The position numbers were made by a program, and so were the translations under genes. The notes under the pieces are model-generated. The model searched no databases. It saw only the letters and a list, made by a program, of their open reading frames with translations, and had not been told where the DNA came from. This document shows positions 37,001 to 49,689 of a DNA stretch of 64,000 nt, piece by piece (the stretch's first letter is position 1; each line of letters begins with the position of its first letter). Origin of the DNA: Octopus sinensis (taxonomy: Eukaryota); the NCBI RefSeq assembly GCF_006345805.1, contig NC_043000.1, positions 56,172,001-56,236,000 on the forward strand. The letters are read 5' to 3'.

Positions 37001-38265
37001 CATTAGAGGACCACATTATCCATCATCAAAACTGAAAATAAATTGGCTACAGTCAGAAATGGAAACTGCTCCATGACCTCTTGAACCACAGTGCTTGACA
37101 CACATCCATATTGATGGAGCAAAGAATTGTAATTTATTTTGGAAAAATTTCAACTCAAAAGTAGGAGTCGGTGAAATTACAAAACCCAGAAAAAAAAAAG
37201 TAAAACAAAATAGTGTAATACAAAATTCATTAACAAAACCCAACTTTTCATTTAGATTATCTGGAAGGATGTTGTTGCTGTTTAGCAGCAAGTTACACAC
37301 TTTGAACAGATCTATTATTGAAGGTGTTCCAGCTGTGACCATCCTGTCTTTTATCCTAATGTAGTGTACATATCATGTAATACATCTTTTCTGTTTTAGT
37401 AAATTATATTGATTTCATTATATTACCAATCATGGAAGGATGAAATGTGACATTGACCTTAGTAGGAACTGAACATGGGAATGTAAAACGATATGGTTTT
37501 ATGTTCAATATCACAGCACAGCACCTTGGGCAAGTATCCCATTTAAAAAAATGAGTACATCATCACATTTGTAATTGGCACAACTGGAAGAAAACATAAT
37601 CACATCTGTAAATCCACTTAAAACATTACCTGTGAGATAGCATGAATGGTAAATCTAATCTATCTCTTGGTTGAGTATCACAATCTGGCTCTTCAGTACA
37701 CACTGATAGATAGGGAGACTGCATCGAAGCCTGTAGAGGAAGAGTTCTTGATTTTGAGTGGTATATTTAATCTATCACCTAGTTTAACACCATCTGGCCC
37801 TTCAATGATTTTTGCAAAGTTTTCTCTGTAACAAGTACTCTGACCAAGCCACTGATTCGAAAAATAACATAATATCTCTCTGTATACAACACCATACAGC
37901 TGGAAAATTTCTGATGGGTCTGAGGATAACTTTTTTGCTTCCTTCCATCACTCTCACATGTCATGAAAATAGATCATAGGGACTACCATTTGTCTTCTGA
38001 CAAAACTATTAAAAAATATACTCTACAATGATTTTGCCTGTCACATTAATGAATCTCTGGCCCACTGTCCTTCATTTTGTGATAACATCAAGGATAAAAA
38101 CAGATTCCATCTTGAGGTCTTTAATAGATTATCTGGTGAGCATTGAGGGCCTCATCTCAATGGAGGGCAAACCAGTCTGCTAGACAGTCATCTCTTAGGA
38201 ATATATTGACTATAATCAGGTATCATAGTTATTATACATACATACATACAGACAGACAGACAGAC

Positions 38266-38313
<48 letters not shown>

Positions 38314-38334
38314 GGAAAGACAGACAGATATAAA

Positions 38335-39115
38335 TAATGTGATAACTGATGCAGATTTTGTGGAGCTAATACCAAAGACATCACTCACAACATAAGCAGT
38401 TATCCAAAAATATCATCATGGTATTATCAATTGATGAGCTTATACGTAGCCAAGACACTGTATAATGAGATCCGTTGAAAGGATAACTCTGAGATCAAAG
38501 AAATAAGAACTCACATTATGGTAGAGGCCATAGCCACTCATAATAAATAGTACTGGTGGAATGTCCAAATGAAAACCTCAATAAAATATAGATATAGGGA
38601 TTTGGGACAGAGAAGGGAAACTGTGAACAGATGTGGAAATCAGCTGCCCAGCAGATGTTAACATAAGGTTAAAGATCAATGAAAAAGAAAAATACATATT
38701 TTGAACTATTGAGGAATCTACAGTTACTCTACCTAGATTACAAGTTCAGATTTATAACTGTAATTATCGGAACATTGGGATATTAACACACTGCCTGAGT
38801 ACCGATCGTGAGAAATTAGGCTTCTCAAAATCATAAAGGAGAAAGCTGATTTGAAGCTACAGATCCAAGCCATTACTGGAACTGTAAAAATTTGTAAAAC
38901 TTTCCAGAAGTTTATCATTTAAGTATATATGAGCATGTCTAGACATGCAACTATATGCATGAGAATACATACATACAACAAAATATATAAATCTGCATAT
39001 GCACGAACTCTAAATATTGCACACATACACAAATACATGATGTTGTTAAAATTCCAATGAAAAAGCCTTGGATATGACAGAAACTGGCTCTTCTATTGGC
39101 AAGAAATCTTGAAGT
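38335..39115 (+). mobile_element. RLE-type non-LTR retrotransposon 3' portion (decayed)
   Basis: CRFC..DITH CCHC-knuckle remnant, WDREGKL..VEISCPADVN endonuclease motif, LQIQAITGTVKICKTFQKFII*; 3' UTR shared with 52380-52770. Confidence 0.85.
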
Positions 39116-39381
39116 AAAAATTTATAATGTCATACATATATGCATGTATAAATGCATATGCACATATATGCATACACAAACAATAAAAAAATATATAAAT
39201 ACCTACATGCACATCACCATGCTACACAGAGCATGTGAAGTGAGGAACAAATCTGTGTTGAAGGTTCCCATGAGTCATGGCATATAAGATGAGTAAATCA
39301 TGTGGAAATAACTCAGCTAGGAGTTGAACCTGTATTGCAGACTGTGAATTATCAGGGTCACTGTAAATGCATCATGTGTGT

Positions 39382-39421
<40 letters not shown>

Positions 39422-39687
39422 CTACCTGCTTTATAGGAGGACAGGAAATTGATGAGAAAACACAGCTGGTAAGCTTTGAGAAATGCATTTCAGCAGAAGC
39501 TCAGCAGCTAACCAAACTAATAAAAGAAGCATGTTTGTTCAGGGTAAAGCAAGCATTCATGTATGCAAGGAAAATCTTCACCAGAACATGGGAAAATTAT
39601 AAATAATGATGGTGATGGAGATAGGTCTTTGCCTCTGTGTGTGTGTGTGCGTGCGTGTGCATGTGTGTGTATATGTGTGTGTGTGTT

Positions 39688-39733
<46 letters not shown>

Positions 39734-40051
39734 CCTCTTTCTGTCCCTCTCTCTCTCTCTCTCTCTGTGCATGCATGTGTATGAGTAAATAGGAGGTAGC
39801 AATTGTATGGAAATTGTTGCTTGCATGATTCATTGTTTGTGTTTCAATGTGTGACTTTATATGATTATTTAAGTGTGTTTTAATATATTTTATATTGTCA
39901 TAATTGCTTGTAAAAGAGAATGTGTGTATGTGAATACCTGTGTATATCTACATGTATCGCAACAAGTGTTTCTACATTATATACATTGTGTATAGTACAG
40001 CATGTGCATATAAATATTCTACATACATATTTAACAATAGATGCTCCAACT

Positions 40052-40379
40052 TTTTTTAAAGACTCTGCCGGTTACGACAACGAGGGCCCAGCTGATACGA
40101 TCAACGGAACAGCTTGCTCGTGAAATTAACGTGCAAATGGCTGAGCATTCCACAGACACGTGTACCCTTAACGTAGTTCTCGGGGATAATCAGCGTGACA
40201 CAGAGAGTGACAAGGCTGACCCTTTGAATACAAGTACACTCATTTTTGCCAGCTGAGTGGACTGAGCAACGTGAAATAAAGTGTCTTGCTCAAGGACACA
40301 ACGCGTCGCCGGGAATCGAACTCACAACCTTACGATCATGAGCCGAATGCCCTAACCACTAAGCCACGCGCCCTCACAA
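40052..40379 (-). mobile_element. Young family C SINE with intact CpGs and 11-bp TSD
   Basis: A-box tggcttagtgg, B-box gttcgattc; TSD atgctccaact at 40041-40051 and 40380-40390. Confidence 0.9.
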
Positions 40380-40895
40380 ATGCTCCAACTACATACAGAT
40401 GCTCAACCACAATAAATCCTCAGTCCCTGAGGATCCATTGTGGTCAAACGTTTATACATATTTGGAATATCTATCATAAGGACCCCAAAAGAACCATAAT
40501 GGTGAAACAGATGTAGGGACTTTAACCTTTAGCACACTTAAGTACATCATAGCACCATACAGGTTTTCTCCCCTGTAGTTTCAGGTATATTGTATCACAC
40601 TGAGAAGAGAGGTAACTCATACAGAGTCATAATGCATCTACAGTGTGCTAAAGGTAGTTTAAACTGTGCTTATCCTTAGTTTTTCTACATTTGTTCTGTA
40701 GCCCATAACTGATACCATTACTCAGTATAGTAGTTAATGACTATACAGAAAGCAGACTAGATAATGAAAACTACATAGGGCTCTAAACATAATAGTAGCA
40801 GTCAAACACCTAATTGTACACATAATTTCTACTATATATATTTAGCTATATGTGTGTATACCTGGGCTTATGGGTATGTTTTATTTTAGTTTTTC

Positions 40896-41322
40896 CTTTA
40901 CTCTTCTACTTGTTTCAGTCATTTGGCTGCAGCCATGCTGGAGCGCTATCTCAGAGGGTTTTATTTGAAGAAATCGACTTATTATTTGTAAGCCTAGTAC
41001 TTATTTTGTCAGCCTCTTTTGCCGAACCTCTAAGTTACGGGGCACGTAAACACACCAACATCAGTTGCCAAGTGATGGTGGGGTGACAAACACAGACACA
41101 AAGACACACACATACATATATACATAAATATATACACACACCCCCCCCACACACACACAACAGGCTTCTTTCATTTTCGGCCTATCAAATCCACTCACAA
41201 GGCTTTGGTCATCCCAAGACTATAGTATAGGACACTTGCCCCAGCTGCCACACAGTGGGACTGAACCCAGAACCATGTGATTGAGAACCAAGCTTCTTAC
41301 CACACAACCATGCCTGTACCTA
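40896..41322 (-). mobile_element. Family A SINE
   Basis: Reverse-complement match. Confidence 0.85.
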
Positions 41323-42412
41323 TATTTGTATTATTTTTTATGGACCAGTCACATGAGGAAGATTAGCACCCATGAGCCCAGGAACATCAGGGAAATTATC
41401 CTTAAACTGGTAAACTGGCCCAAATGGTTATAACAGAGTGCATTGCTAAAGGTACTGAACAGGCCAGATTATAATGTTAAACCAAGAGTTAGATTTGGCA
41501 TATCTCATTATGTATCTATATAAGTGATTATGCATTATTTCAGTTGTGTCAATCTATATACTACTAAAACTCTGTGCTTGCTTGCTTGCCTGAGTGTGCT
41601 TTTCTGCAGTTTAATACAGCCAAAGTGGGATATAATGGGAAAATACTCTGAAAGTTAGGTGCCCCTGAAATGTGAGTACAAACGGAATAAAACAAGTTTT
41701 GTGTAAATCGGACCAGAGATTCCCAAGATACAAGGGTTTTTTGGGGTACCTTCATAAATAATCGAAATGTAATGGGAAAGTAACATAATCCTGAAATGGG
41801 AATATACAATACTGTGAAAATTGTTTCCATTAATGTTTATGCTTACGTTATATAACAATTCCTTTCGCATTTTTCTAGAAGTGTGTACATATGCCATAAA
41901 TAAATGCTGTTACTGAAGTTTATTCTGGAAGTTCTGTTTCTATTAGATGCTGTAAATAATCAATAAAACCTTAAACATGAACTTGTAAACCTATGATGAT
42001 ATGAATGAATTGAAATCATCAATTGAATCATCATGAAATTAACTTTCATTTCAATGCAATGTTGAAATCAGCTTCAATGTTTTATAACCATCAGTGACCC
42101 AACAGGTCATGGATATTCTGGTTACAAATGTAATGACAGGCACACATTTATTTAGATGTCATAAAATCTTCAATTCAATATTTAATCCCTGTGCTTTTCA
42201 AGTTATGTTTTTGTTAAATCTGGAAGATGGAGCAATATTCATGGCCTTCGCAAACCCTCTGAGACATTTCAACAACTGCAGGACAGACATGTGTAAGAAG
42301 AGAATTATAGGGGACTGATGACCTGGAAAGAAAGGACTGGGTACAGAGTCACAGTATAGTGTTGCCATACAGTGTTAAGTTTAGTAGTTAATGCAAAGGG
42401 GCAGGCTACACC

Positions 42413-42761
42413 CAGTGGTTCTCAACCAGAGTCCATAAAGCCCCTGAGGGTCCATATAAGACTTTAAGAGGTCCACACAACAAAATAGTAAACTGGGAAT
42501 CCACAATAGTATTTTAAGGGCTCCTGAAAAAATTTGCTTCAGATATGTGTATTGGTATGTATTGCAAGAAACAGTTAGATTTCTTTCTCTAACATTTTAC
42601 ATAGTTCAACCTACATGAGTTAATGTGTGAAAAATAAAATAGGAATTTTGAAAAAAGTTTCTATGAAACTAATTTTTAAACTTCAAATGGCTATGGAGGT
42701 CCACCAGAATAAAATAGTAATCAAAGGGATCCATAGGCAAAAACATGGTTGAGAACCCCTG
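42413..42761. mobile_element. hAT (Charlie-like) MITE
   Basis: TIRs cagtggttctcaacc / ggttgagaacccctg. Confidence 0.85.
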
Positions 42762-43019
42762 AACTAGATAGACATTGGAAGAGGAGATACAAGTGAATCA
42801 TGAGGGTCTGAGTGAAGATGGCATGACACCAAACAATTCTAAGGAATAGAGGTCATTGTAGTAACAGAAGAAAAGGCAAAAGGAAGGGCAGTAGGTGTGT
42901 GGATCAGGATTGAAATGAATGTCTGAGTGACCTCATGCCGATCAGCCAGGTAGGGTGTTTGCAAATGTAGCAGTAGCACTGTCCTACATGTAGGAGTGCT
43001 CTGTTGTGAACCTGAGCTG

Positions 43020-43077
43020 TATAGTTGTTAAAGGCAGCAACAGCAGCAGGAGCAGCAGCAGTAGCAGTGGCAGCAGC

Positions 43078-43130
<53 letters not shown>

Positions 43131-43160
43131 CAGCAGCAGCAGCAGCAGTAGCAGTAGCAG
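43020..43160. repeat. (AGC)n/(AGT)n trinucleotide run
   Basis: Directly visible. Confidence 0.9.
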
Positions 43161-43585
43161 CCTGGGAATCAAAACCATAATCTTGCTATCATGAGCGCAA
43201 CACCCCAACCAGTAGGCCATGATTTCATTAATTTTGGAGTAATGATATCTTTTAGGAAATAATATTAATAACAACAACAACAACAAAAAACAATTAGCAG
43301 TAATTTTGAGGAGAGGGTTCACTGTTACCATTGACCCCAGCACTTATTGGTACTTAATAGAATACGAATGTAGAATGTTAAAAGCCAAAGTAAATACTGC
43401 AAGGCATTCTGTTCAATGTCTAATTGATCCAGCAATTCCACTAAGAAGCACCAACCCAACAGAGTATGCATATAAGAGAGAGAAAGAGTGAGAGAAAGAA
43501 TGGGTGAAAGAAAGAGTGAGTGAGAGAGTGAAAGAGAAAGAGATATAGTGTACATGCACGCATGTGTGTGTATGAGTCAGTGTTT

Positions 43586-43616
<31 letters not shown>

Positions 43617-43719
43617 CATGATTCCGCAAACATACACAAGAAGTGTTTGGCATATGTATGCGATGCTAAGAGAGAAAGAAAAAGAAAGTGTGTGTGTGTG
43701 TGTGTTGTGTGTGTGTGTG

Positions 43720-43773
43720 TGTGCGTGCATGTGAGCATGTGCATGAGTATGTTTTTGAATGAGTTTACCATAG

Positions 43774-43810
<37 letters not shown>

Positions 43811-44120
43811 CATGTGAGCATGTGCATGAGTATGTTTTTGAATGAGTTTACCATAGACGTGTGTGTGTGTGTGTGTGTGTGTGTTGTGTGTGTGCATGTT
43901 TACACGAATTTTTAAAGGATGTATGTATCTAAAGACATATACGAGTGTGTATACACTTATGTGTGTATGCATGTTTACACGAATTTTTAAAGGATGTATG
44001 TATCTAAAGACATATACGAGTGTGTATACACTTATGTGTGTGTGCATGTTTACACGAATTTTTAAAGGATGTATGTATCTAAAGACATATACGAGTGTGT
44101 ATACACTTATGTGTGTATGC
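43720..44120. repeat. Two adjacent minisatellites: 2 copies of a ~83-bp unit, then 3 copies of a 75-bp unit
   Basis: gcatgtgagcatgtgcatgagtatgtttttgaatgagtttaccatagac twice; gcatgtttacacgaatttttaaaggatg...cacttatg three times. Confidence 0.95.
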
Positions 44121-44528
44121 ATGTATACATGTGTGTTTCTGTGTGTGCATGAATTTACAAGTGTGTGTGTGTGTGTGTGTTAGTGTGTTAGGCATACAAA
44201 TTAACACTAGAAATAGAAATAAGCCTAAAGTAACTACAGCAAGCTCATTTACTTCTGCCGAACTATGAAGAAGTGAAGAACATGCATGAATTGTACACAA
44301 CAGATGAGACATGGCTCCAAGATAAAAATCACAAAAGCCATAAACGGCATGGCAATTGTCAGAATCACTAAACTGGATGTTGGTTTAGCATTAGGTATTT
44401 TGGACATACCTATGTGCGCATATACACACATGCATGTGTGCCTGCATGCATGTATGTGTACATGCACATTTCCATAAATAACAAAAGATGTACATATATA
44501 TACATCATCATCATCATCATCATCATTA

Positions 44529-44561
<33 letters not shown>

Positions 44562-44571
44562 CTATACAATA

Positions 44572-44690
44572 TACATTACTCGGTAGTCAAGATAACGTTT
44601 TCAAATAGCCAGATAACCGAAGAGATGGTGTGTGGATTTCCACTTCGGCATCTGAAACTCAGAGTTTTATCTTGACTACCGAGTAATGTA
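44572..44690. mobile_element. Small element with perfect 24-bp inverted repeats enclosing a hammerhead-like motif
   Basis: tacattactcggtagtcaagataa at 44572-44595 and its reverse complement at 44667-44690. Confidence 0.75.
44611..44672 (+). ncRNA. Type I hammerhead-like motif (CCGAAGA core variant)
   Basis: agataa CCGAAGA gatg..catc t GAAA ctcagag TT ttatct; 6-bp stem I; palindromic stem III ACUC-A-GAGU; one extra U before G12. Confidence 0.55.
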
Positions 44691-44792
44691 ACATATTGTA
44701 TAGATAAATTTCCTCTATTTACATAAATTGGGTCTCTTCTTTCTTTTGTTATCTTTACCGTTTTATCAATATATATATATAGCATATATATA

Positions 44793-44980
44793 GTTAATCC
44801 AAACAGAAAGCACAAAAAAAAACACAACAACGCGAGGATGTGGAACAAATATAGTATTATTGGACAATCAGGAAAGAAGGAGGGTTTAACGTTTCGAGCG
44901 GAGCTCTTCGTCGGAAACATAGGAGAAGAAAAGATCCTAAGAAGGGAAGACAGAGGAAAAAAAATTGCAACGGTACAAAT
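44793..44980 (-). mobile_element. Penelope-like pLTR-type repeat (copy 2)
   Basis: Homologous to 19093-19280. Confidence 0.65.
44884..44918 (-). ncRNA. Minimal hammerhead motif, CCGACGA variant
   Basis: guuu CCGACGA A gagc-ucc-gcuc GAAACGUU aaac; zero-loop palindromic stem III (ACGU). Confidence 0.6.
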
Positions 44981-45057
<77 letters not shown>

Positions 45058-45059
45058 TG

Positions 45060-45409
45060 TAATTTAGGGTGTCTGAGAGATACCACCACGCGTTGAAAAT
45101 AGTCAAAACCTGACTCTAAAGCCAAATTAAATGCTCATATAGCACAGGAGAGAAGGCAAAAAGACAAAATAAACCAGCAAAAAATTACTTGATAATTCCA
45201 GATCCTGGACTTCTGGCTTTGCATAAGAGATGCTCCGCCTTTGTCAGTGGAATATACTCAGATAGTACATAAATATATAAATTTTTTGCTAGTTTATTTT
45301 GTCTTTTTTGTCTTCTCTCCTGGTGCTATATGGACATTTAATGTGGCTTTAGAGTCAGGTTTTGACTGCTATTTTCAGCGTGGTGGTATCTCTCAGATAC
45401 CCTAAATTA
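45060..45409. mobile_element. MITE-like element with ~125-bp inverted arms and a hammerhead-like centre
   Basis: Arms 45060-45186 and 45280-45409 are near-identical reverse complements. Confidence 0.85.
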
Positions 45410-45463
45410 TGATTTTAAATAATTATTACCTTTGAAAGGTTTTTACTCCCATGCTGGCCACTT

Positions 45464-45495
45464 GATAAGATCGATATTTAAATATCGATCTTATC
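45464..45495. repeat. Perfect 32-bp palindrome
   Basis: gataagatcgatattt|aaatatcgatcttatc. Confidence 0.95.
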
Positions 45496-45506
45496 CTTAT
45501 TTATAA

Positions 45507-45545
<39 letters not shown>

Positions 45546-46002
45546 AATGTATATATATATATGTGTGTGAGTATGTGTGTATGAATATATGTATGTATAC
45601 ATGCAAGGAAACAAATGAAGGAAAGTAGCACTCAACACACTTTGTAGGATTTACATATGTCTTGATAGCAGTTTATATATATGTGTATGTATATGTATAT
45701 AAATATATGTGTATATGTGTGTGTGTGTGTGTGTATACATATATATATATATACACACATATATATACACACACACACACACACATACATGCATGTAAAT
45801 ACACACACACACACATTTGCCCTAAAAGCAGTTAACCTGATATAAATATGTAAGCACATGACCATTTAGTTATTCCAATGATAGAGACTTGGCTCTGAGT
45901 TGGAAACCAACTCTTTCTCTTATTGGAAAGCAATTTTTAAAATAAAACCATACCATACAAAATACACATGCACACATATACATAAATATACATAAATATA
46001 TG

Positions 46003-46047
<45 letters not shown>

Positions 46048-46479
46048 GCATATATATGCATGTATATAACATAGTCTCCAGCCATAAACGATGAGCAATG
46101 GCTGATGTTACCAGGGCAACAAACAAATAAGAAAAGGTGTAAGTTAGATATTAAAATTGGTGGATATGGTTTAGGTAGAAGCATGGCTTATCGGCAGTAG
46201 ACTGGTTGGGATGTTAAATCACAATAAAAACACTACGAATTGAATTTATCAACAAATATAAAAACTAGGCAACATTTATGCTGAAAATAAAACTTTTTGA
46301 AAAGCTAAGTGGGGTAAAGAGACAGAGAGAAAAAGAGAGACAGAGAGAGAGAGACACACACACACACACATACACACAAAAAGAGAAAAGGTGAATAAGA
46401 ACGAAGTATAACCAGTCTTGAAATTTCTAGACTGGTTTCTTATAGGCAGGACAGTATAAAAGTAATCGCGATAATATCC

Positions 46480-46835
46480 CTTTCTACTGTAGGCACAAGG
46501 CCTGAAATTTTGGGGGAGGGGATAAGTTGATTACATCAACCCCTGTGCTACACTGGTATTTAATTTATCGACCCTGAAAGGATGAAAGGCAAAGTCAACC
46601 TCAGTGGAATTTGAACTCAGAATGTAACGACAGATGAAATACCACTAAGCATTTCACCCAGCATGCTAACGATTCTGCCAGCTCACCAACTTTTAGTAAT
46701 AATAATAATAATCCTTTTTACTATAGGCACAAGGCCTGAAATTTTGGGGGATGGGACCAGTTGATTAGATCGACCCCAGCATGCAACTGGTACTTAATTT
46801 ATCAACCTTGTAAGAATGAAAGGCAATGTCCACCT
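46480..46835 (-). mobile_element. Two family B SINE copies (the second truncated by a mariner fragment)
   Basis: Reverse-complement match; repeated tactataggcacaaggcctgaaattttgggg. Confidence 0.8.
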
Positions 46836-47161
46836 CAGCTTGGTTGGGAAAAAATTCCTCAGCCACCTTATTCCCCTGACTTTGCTCCTTCAGACAACCA
46901 TTTGTTTCATAGTTTACAGAATCATTTGGGGAACATAACTTTTGCAAGCCAGAAGGAGGTTGAAACTGATATTTCAGAGTTCTTCGCTTTGAAACCAAAA
47001 GAGTTTTGCATTGATGGGATTAAAAAGCTTGTAAATAGATGGAAGGAAGTCATAGATAATCAGGTAAAGTACATTGATGATGAAATTTCAATTAAATATA
47101 ACATTTGATCACTTGTTTTTTTTTAATTCAAAATTCAGACAGAACTTATGGGATGACCTGA
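46836..47161 (+). mobile_element. Mariner 3' fragment with right TIR
   Basis: LGWEKIPQPPYSPDFAPSDNHLFHSLQNHL...GIKKLVNRWKEVIDNQ; ends agaacttatgggatgacctga|TA. Confidence 0.9.
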
Positions 47162-47164
47162 TAG

Positions 47165-47665
47165 AATGCCCTTCCTTTTTTAAAGATAGTAGAGAGTGAT
47201 TTGAAAGATATTTGGCTGCTATTTCTAACAAGCGAAGCAACCATGTACAGAGTCACCTCAATAAACAAATCAGCCCTGACTGAGTAGACCTATGATCAAA
47301 TATATTCCAGCAGTGACCATCTCATCTTTTTTGTATATCTAGGAACTAAATTATCCACTGTGTTCATCTTTCCTTAGAAATGATAAAGTGTGATTTGAGA
47401 GAGATTTGGCTGCATTTTCTAACATGCCAAATGACCATAAAGATACACTTCTCCATGATATGCTGGCGTTAATACTGTAGTTTAGTTCCAGGTCACCCTT
47501 GATCAAAGGCATTTCAACAATAACTAACCCTTTTTTTTTGTCAGTGAAAGAAACCTAGCATAACATTACCCATTATGTAACTTTCTATAATGGCAGGGTG
47601 TGAGTTGAAGAAGACTTGGTTACTATACTCAGCAGGTCAAGCAACCCTATAGATAATCTAGTGTT
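47165..47665 (+). repeat. Three diverged tandem units of repeat family E (~200-bp period)
   Basis: Recurring gtgatttga..gatttggctgctatttcta and tatgatcaaaggcatttca blocks. Confidence 0.6.
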
Positions 47666-48361
47666 GGTTTATCAATGACAGGTAATAGTGAACAGTGAAG
47701 TGTGAACATCGAATAGTAAATTGTATTGATCTATAAAGAAAATTGTGTTGTGTGTCTTCAGGAAAAAAAAAAATGAAATTCCATCAGAAATTCATAAAAG
47801 GAGAAAGTAGATTTCATTAATTTTACTGGTGTGGCAACATTTTTGTCAGATATGTCAATACCAATTGAATTTCTTACTGGACAAATTTGACCACAAAAAT
47901 AAACTCTATGGTTATTCCCTGTTCTCTAAATGAAACAGTTTTCGGTTAAAATATAAATTTGGAAGCTAATGGCTTTTTTGCTTATTGCACCAGTTTTTCG
48001 TCTGGAAATCACAAATCAATAAGTTTTGCTTCATTTATTCTGAAGAATATAACAGCAAACCAATTTTCTTTTAATCACAGTTCCTAGAAGCATTTATATA
48101 TGGTTTCTTTTTTTATGCTTTTAGAATGGTCAAATAACTTAAGCAGCAGACAAATAGTCTCTTTACATTAGAACACTGAATCTGGCCAGGTGTCAACTTC
48201 ACTTTTCATGTTGCTGGGGGTTGATTAAATCCAGCTACGTGTTAACATTATTTTCATCCTAGAGGGATTGATAAATCAGTACTGGTTAAGTCCTGAAATC
48301 AATTGAATTGACTGTATCCTCTCTTAACAATTATGGCTTTGTTCCACTGTTAAAAATACTT

Positions 48362-48765
48362 GTGGTGAGCTGGTAGAAACGTTAGCATGCCAGGTGAAAT
48401 GCTTAGCAGTATTTCATCTGCCGTTACATTGTGAGTTCAAATTCCACCGAGGTCAACTTTGCCTTTCATCCTGTCGGGGTCGATAAATTAAGTACCAGTT
48501 ACATGCTGGGGTTAATATAATTGACTTAATTCGTTTGTCTGTCCTTGTTTGTCCCCTCTCTGTTTAGCCCCTTGTGGGTAGTAAAGAAATAGGTATTTCA
48601 TTTGTCTTTATGTTCTGAGTTCAAATGCAGCAGAGGTCAACTTAATCTTTCATCTTTTCATGGTTGATAAAATAAGAACCGGTCAAGCACTGAGGTCAAT
48701 GTAATCAACTTACCTCTCCCAACCAAAAAATTGCCAGCCTTGTGCTAAATTTAGAAAGAATTATT
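48362..48765 (+). mobile_element. Two chained family B SINEs
   Basis: Long-tail subtype followed directly by a 5'-truncated short-tail subtype. Confidence 0.8.
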
Positions 48766-48914
48766 AAAGATTGTCATATCAAGAACATGACAACCTTTAG
48801 TAAAAAGGTATCTAGTAATTGAGAGAGATATCTAAGGTTAGAAGGAACCATTAGTCATGTCTTGATGACAATGTAACAATGTCTCTAGAGCAGGTGTCAT
48901 GATAAAATAATACA

Positions 48915-49095
48915 GTACAATTTGCAAAGTGGTTAGTGTTAAGAAGGGCATCCAGTCATAGAAATCTTGCCCAAATTAAATGTATAAATCAGACATAGTT
49001 ATCCAGTCACATCTTAGAAAACAGCAACTCCAAGTAAGATCTGACTTGAACTATGACAACTCATCTAACCCATGCCAACATGGAAAGTAGAAGTA
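48915..49095 (+). mobile_element. RTE 3' tail (family D)
   Basis: gaagggcatccagtc...aacccatgccaacatggaaag. Confidence 0.7.
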
Positions 49096-49135
49096 AAAGG
49101 ATAATGACCAAGCTTACTACTACTACTACAACTAC

Positions 49136-49194
<59 letters not shown>

Positions 49195-49195
<1 letters not shown>

Positions 49196-49442
49196 GGTGG
49201 TGAGCTGGCAGAATCGTTAGCATGCCATGCAAAATGTTCAGTGGCATTTCATGTCTTTAAATTCTGAGTTCGAATTCTGCCAAGGTCAACTTTATGCTTC
49301 ATCCTTTTGGGGACAATGAAATAAGTACCAGTTGAGTACTGGAGTCGATGTAATCAACTTATCCCCTCCCCAAAAATTGCTGGCCTTGTGCCAAAATTTG
49401 AAATTATTATTGTTGTTGTTGTTGTTGTTGTTATTGTTATTA

Positions 49443-49476
<34 letters not shown>

Positions 49477-49670
49477 CATCATCATGGTGAGCTGGCAGAA
49501 ACATTAGCATGTCAGGCAAAATAGTTAGAGACATTCTGCCAAAAGTCAACTTTGCCTTCCAGCTTTTCAGGGTCAATAATATACATACCAGTTGGACAGT
49601 GGTGTTGATGTAATTGACTATCCCCCTCCCCCAAAACTGTTAGTCTTGTGCTAAAATCTGAAACCATTGT
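49195..49670 (+). mobile_element. Two family B SINEs separated by (ATT)n/(GTT)n tracts
   Basis: Directly visible; each copy is followed by (ATT)n. Confidence 0.8.
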
Positions 49671-49689
49671 TATTATTATTATTATTATT

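Noticed and set aside
39367-39606. ORF and 32-nt exon candidate GGQEIDEKTQL
   Set aside because: The ORF starts in (GA)n, the polypyrimidine tract is poor, and there is no homology.
40300-40377. tRNA-like heads of SINEs as tRNA genes
   Set aside because: No complete cloverleaf or acceptor stem; they continue directly into SINE bodies with TSDs.
42314-42345. CTGATGA...GAAA matches at about 42316 and CTGATGA at about 53626
   Set aside because: No stem II or stem I pairing at the first and no GAAA at the second; chance matches.
43890-44110. Regular repeats as a CRISPR-like array
   Set aside because: The units are wholly repeated with no unique spacers, the context is eukaryotic, and there are no cas genes.
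47878-47925. 48-nt minus-strand exon candidate, and a 9-nt microexon candidate at 51610-51618
   Set aside because: Splice-like signals only; two frames open or too short to evaluate without RNA data.
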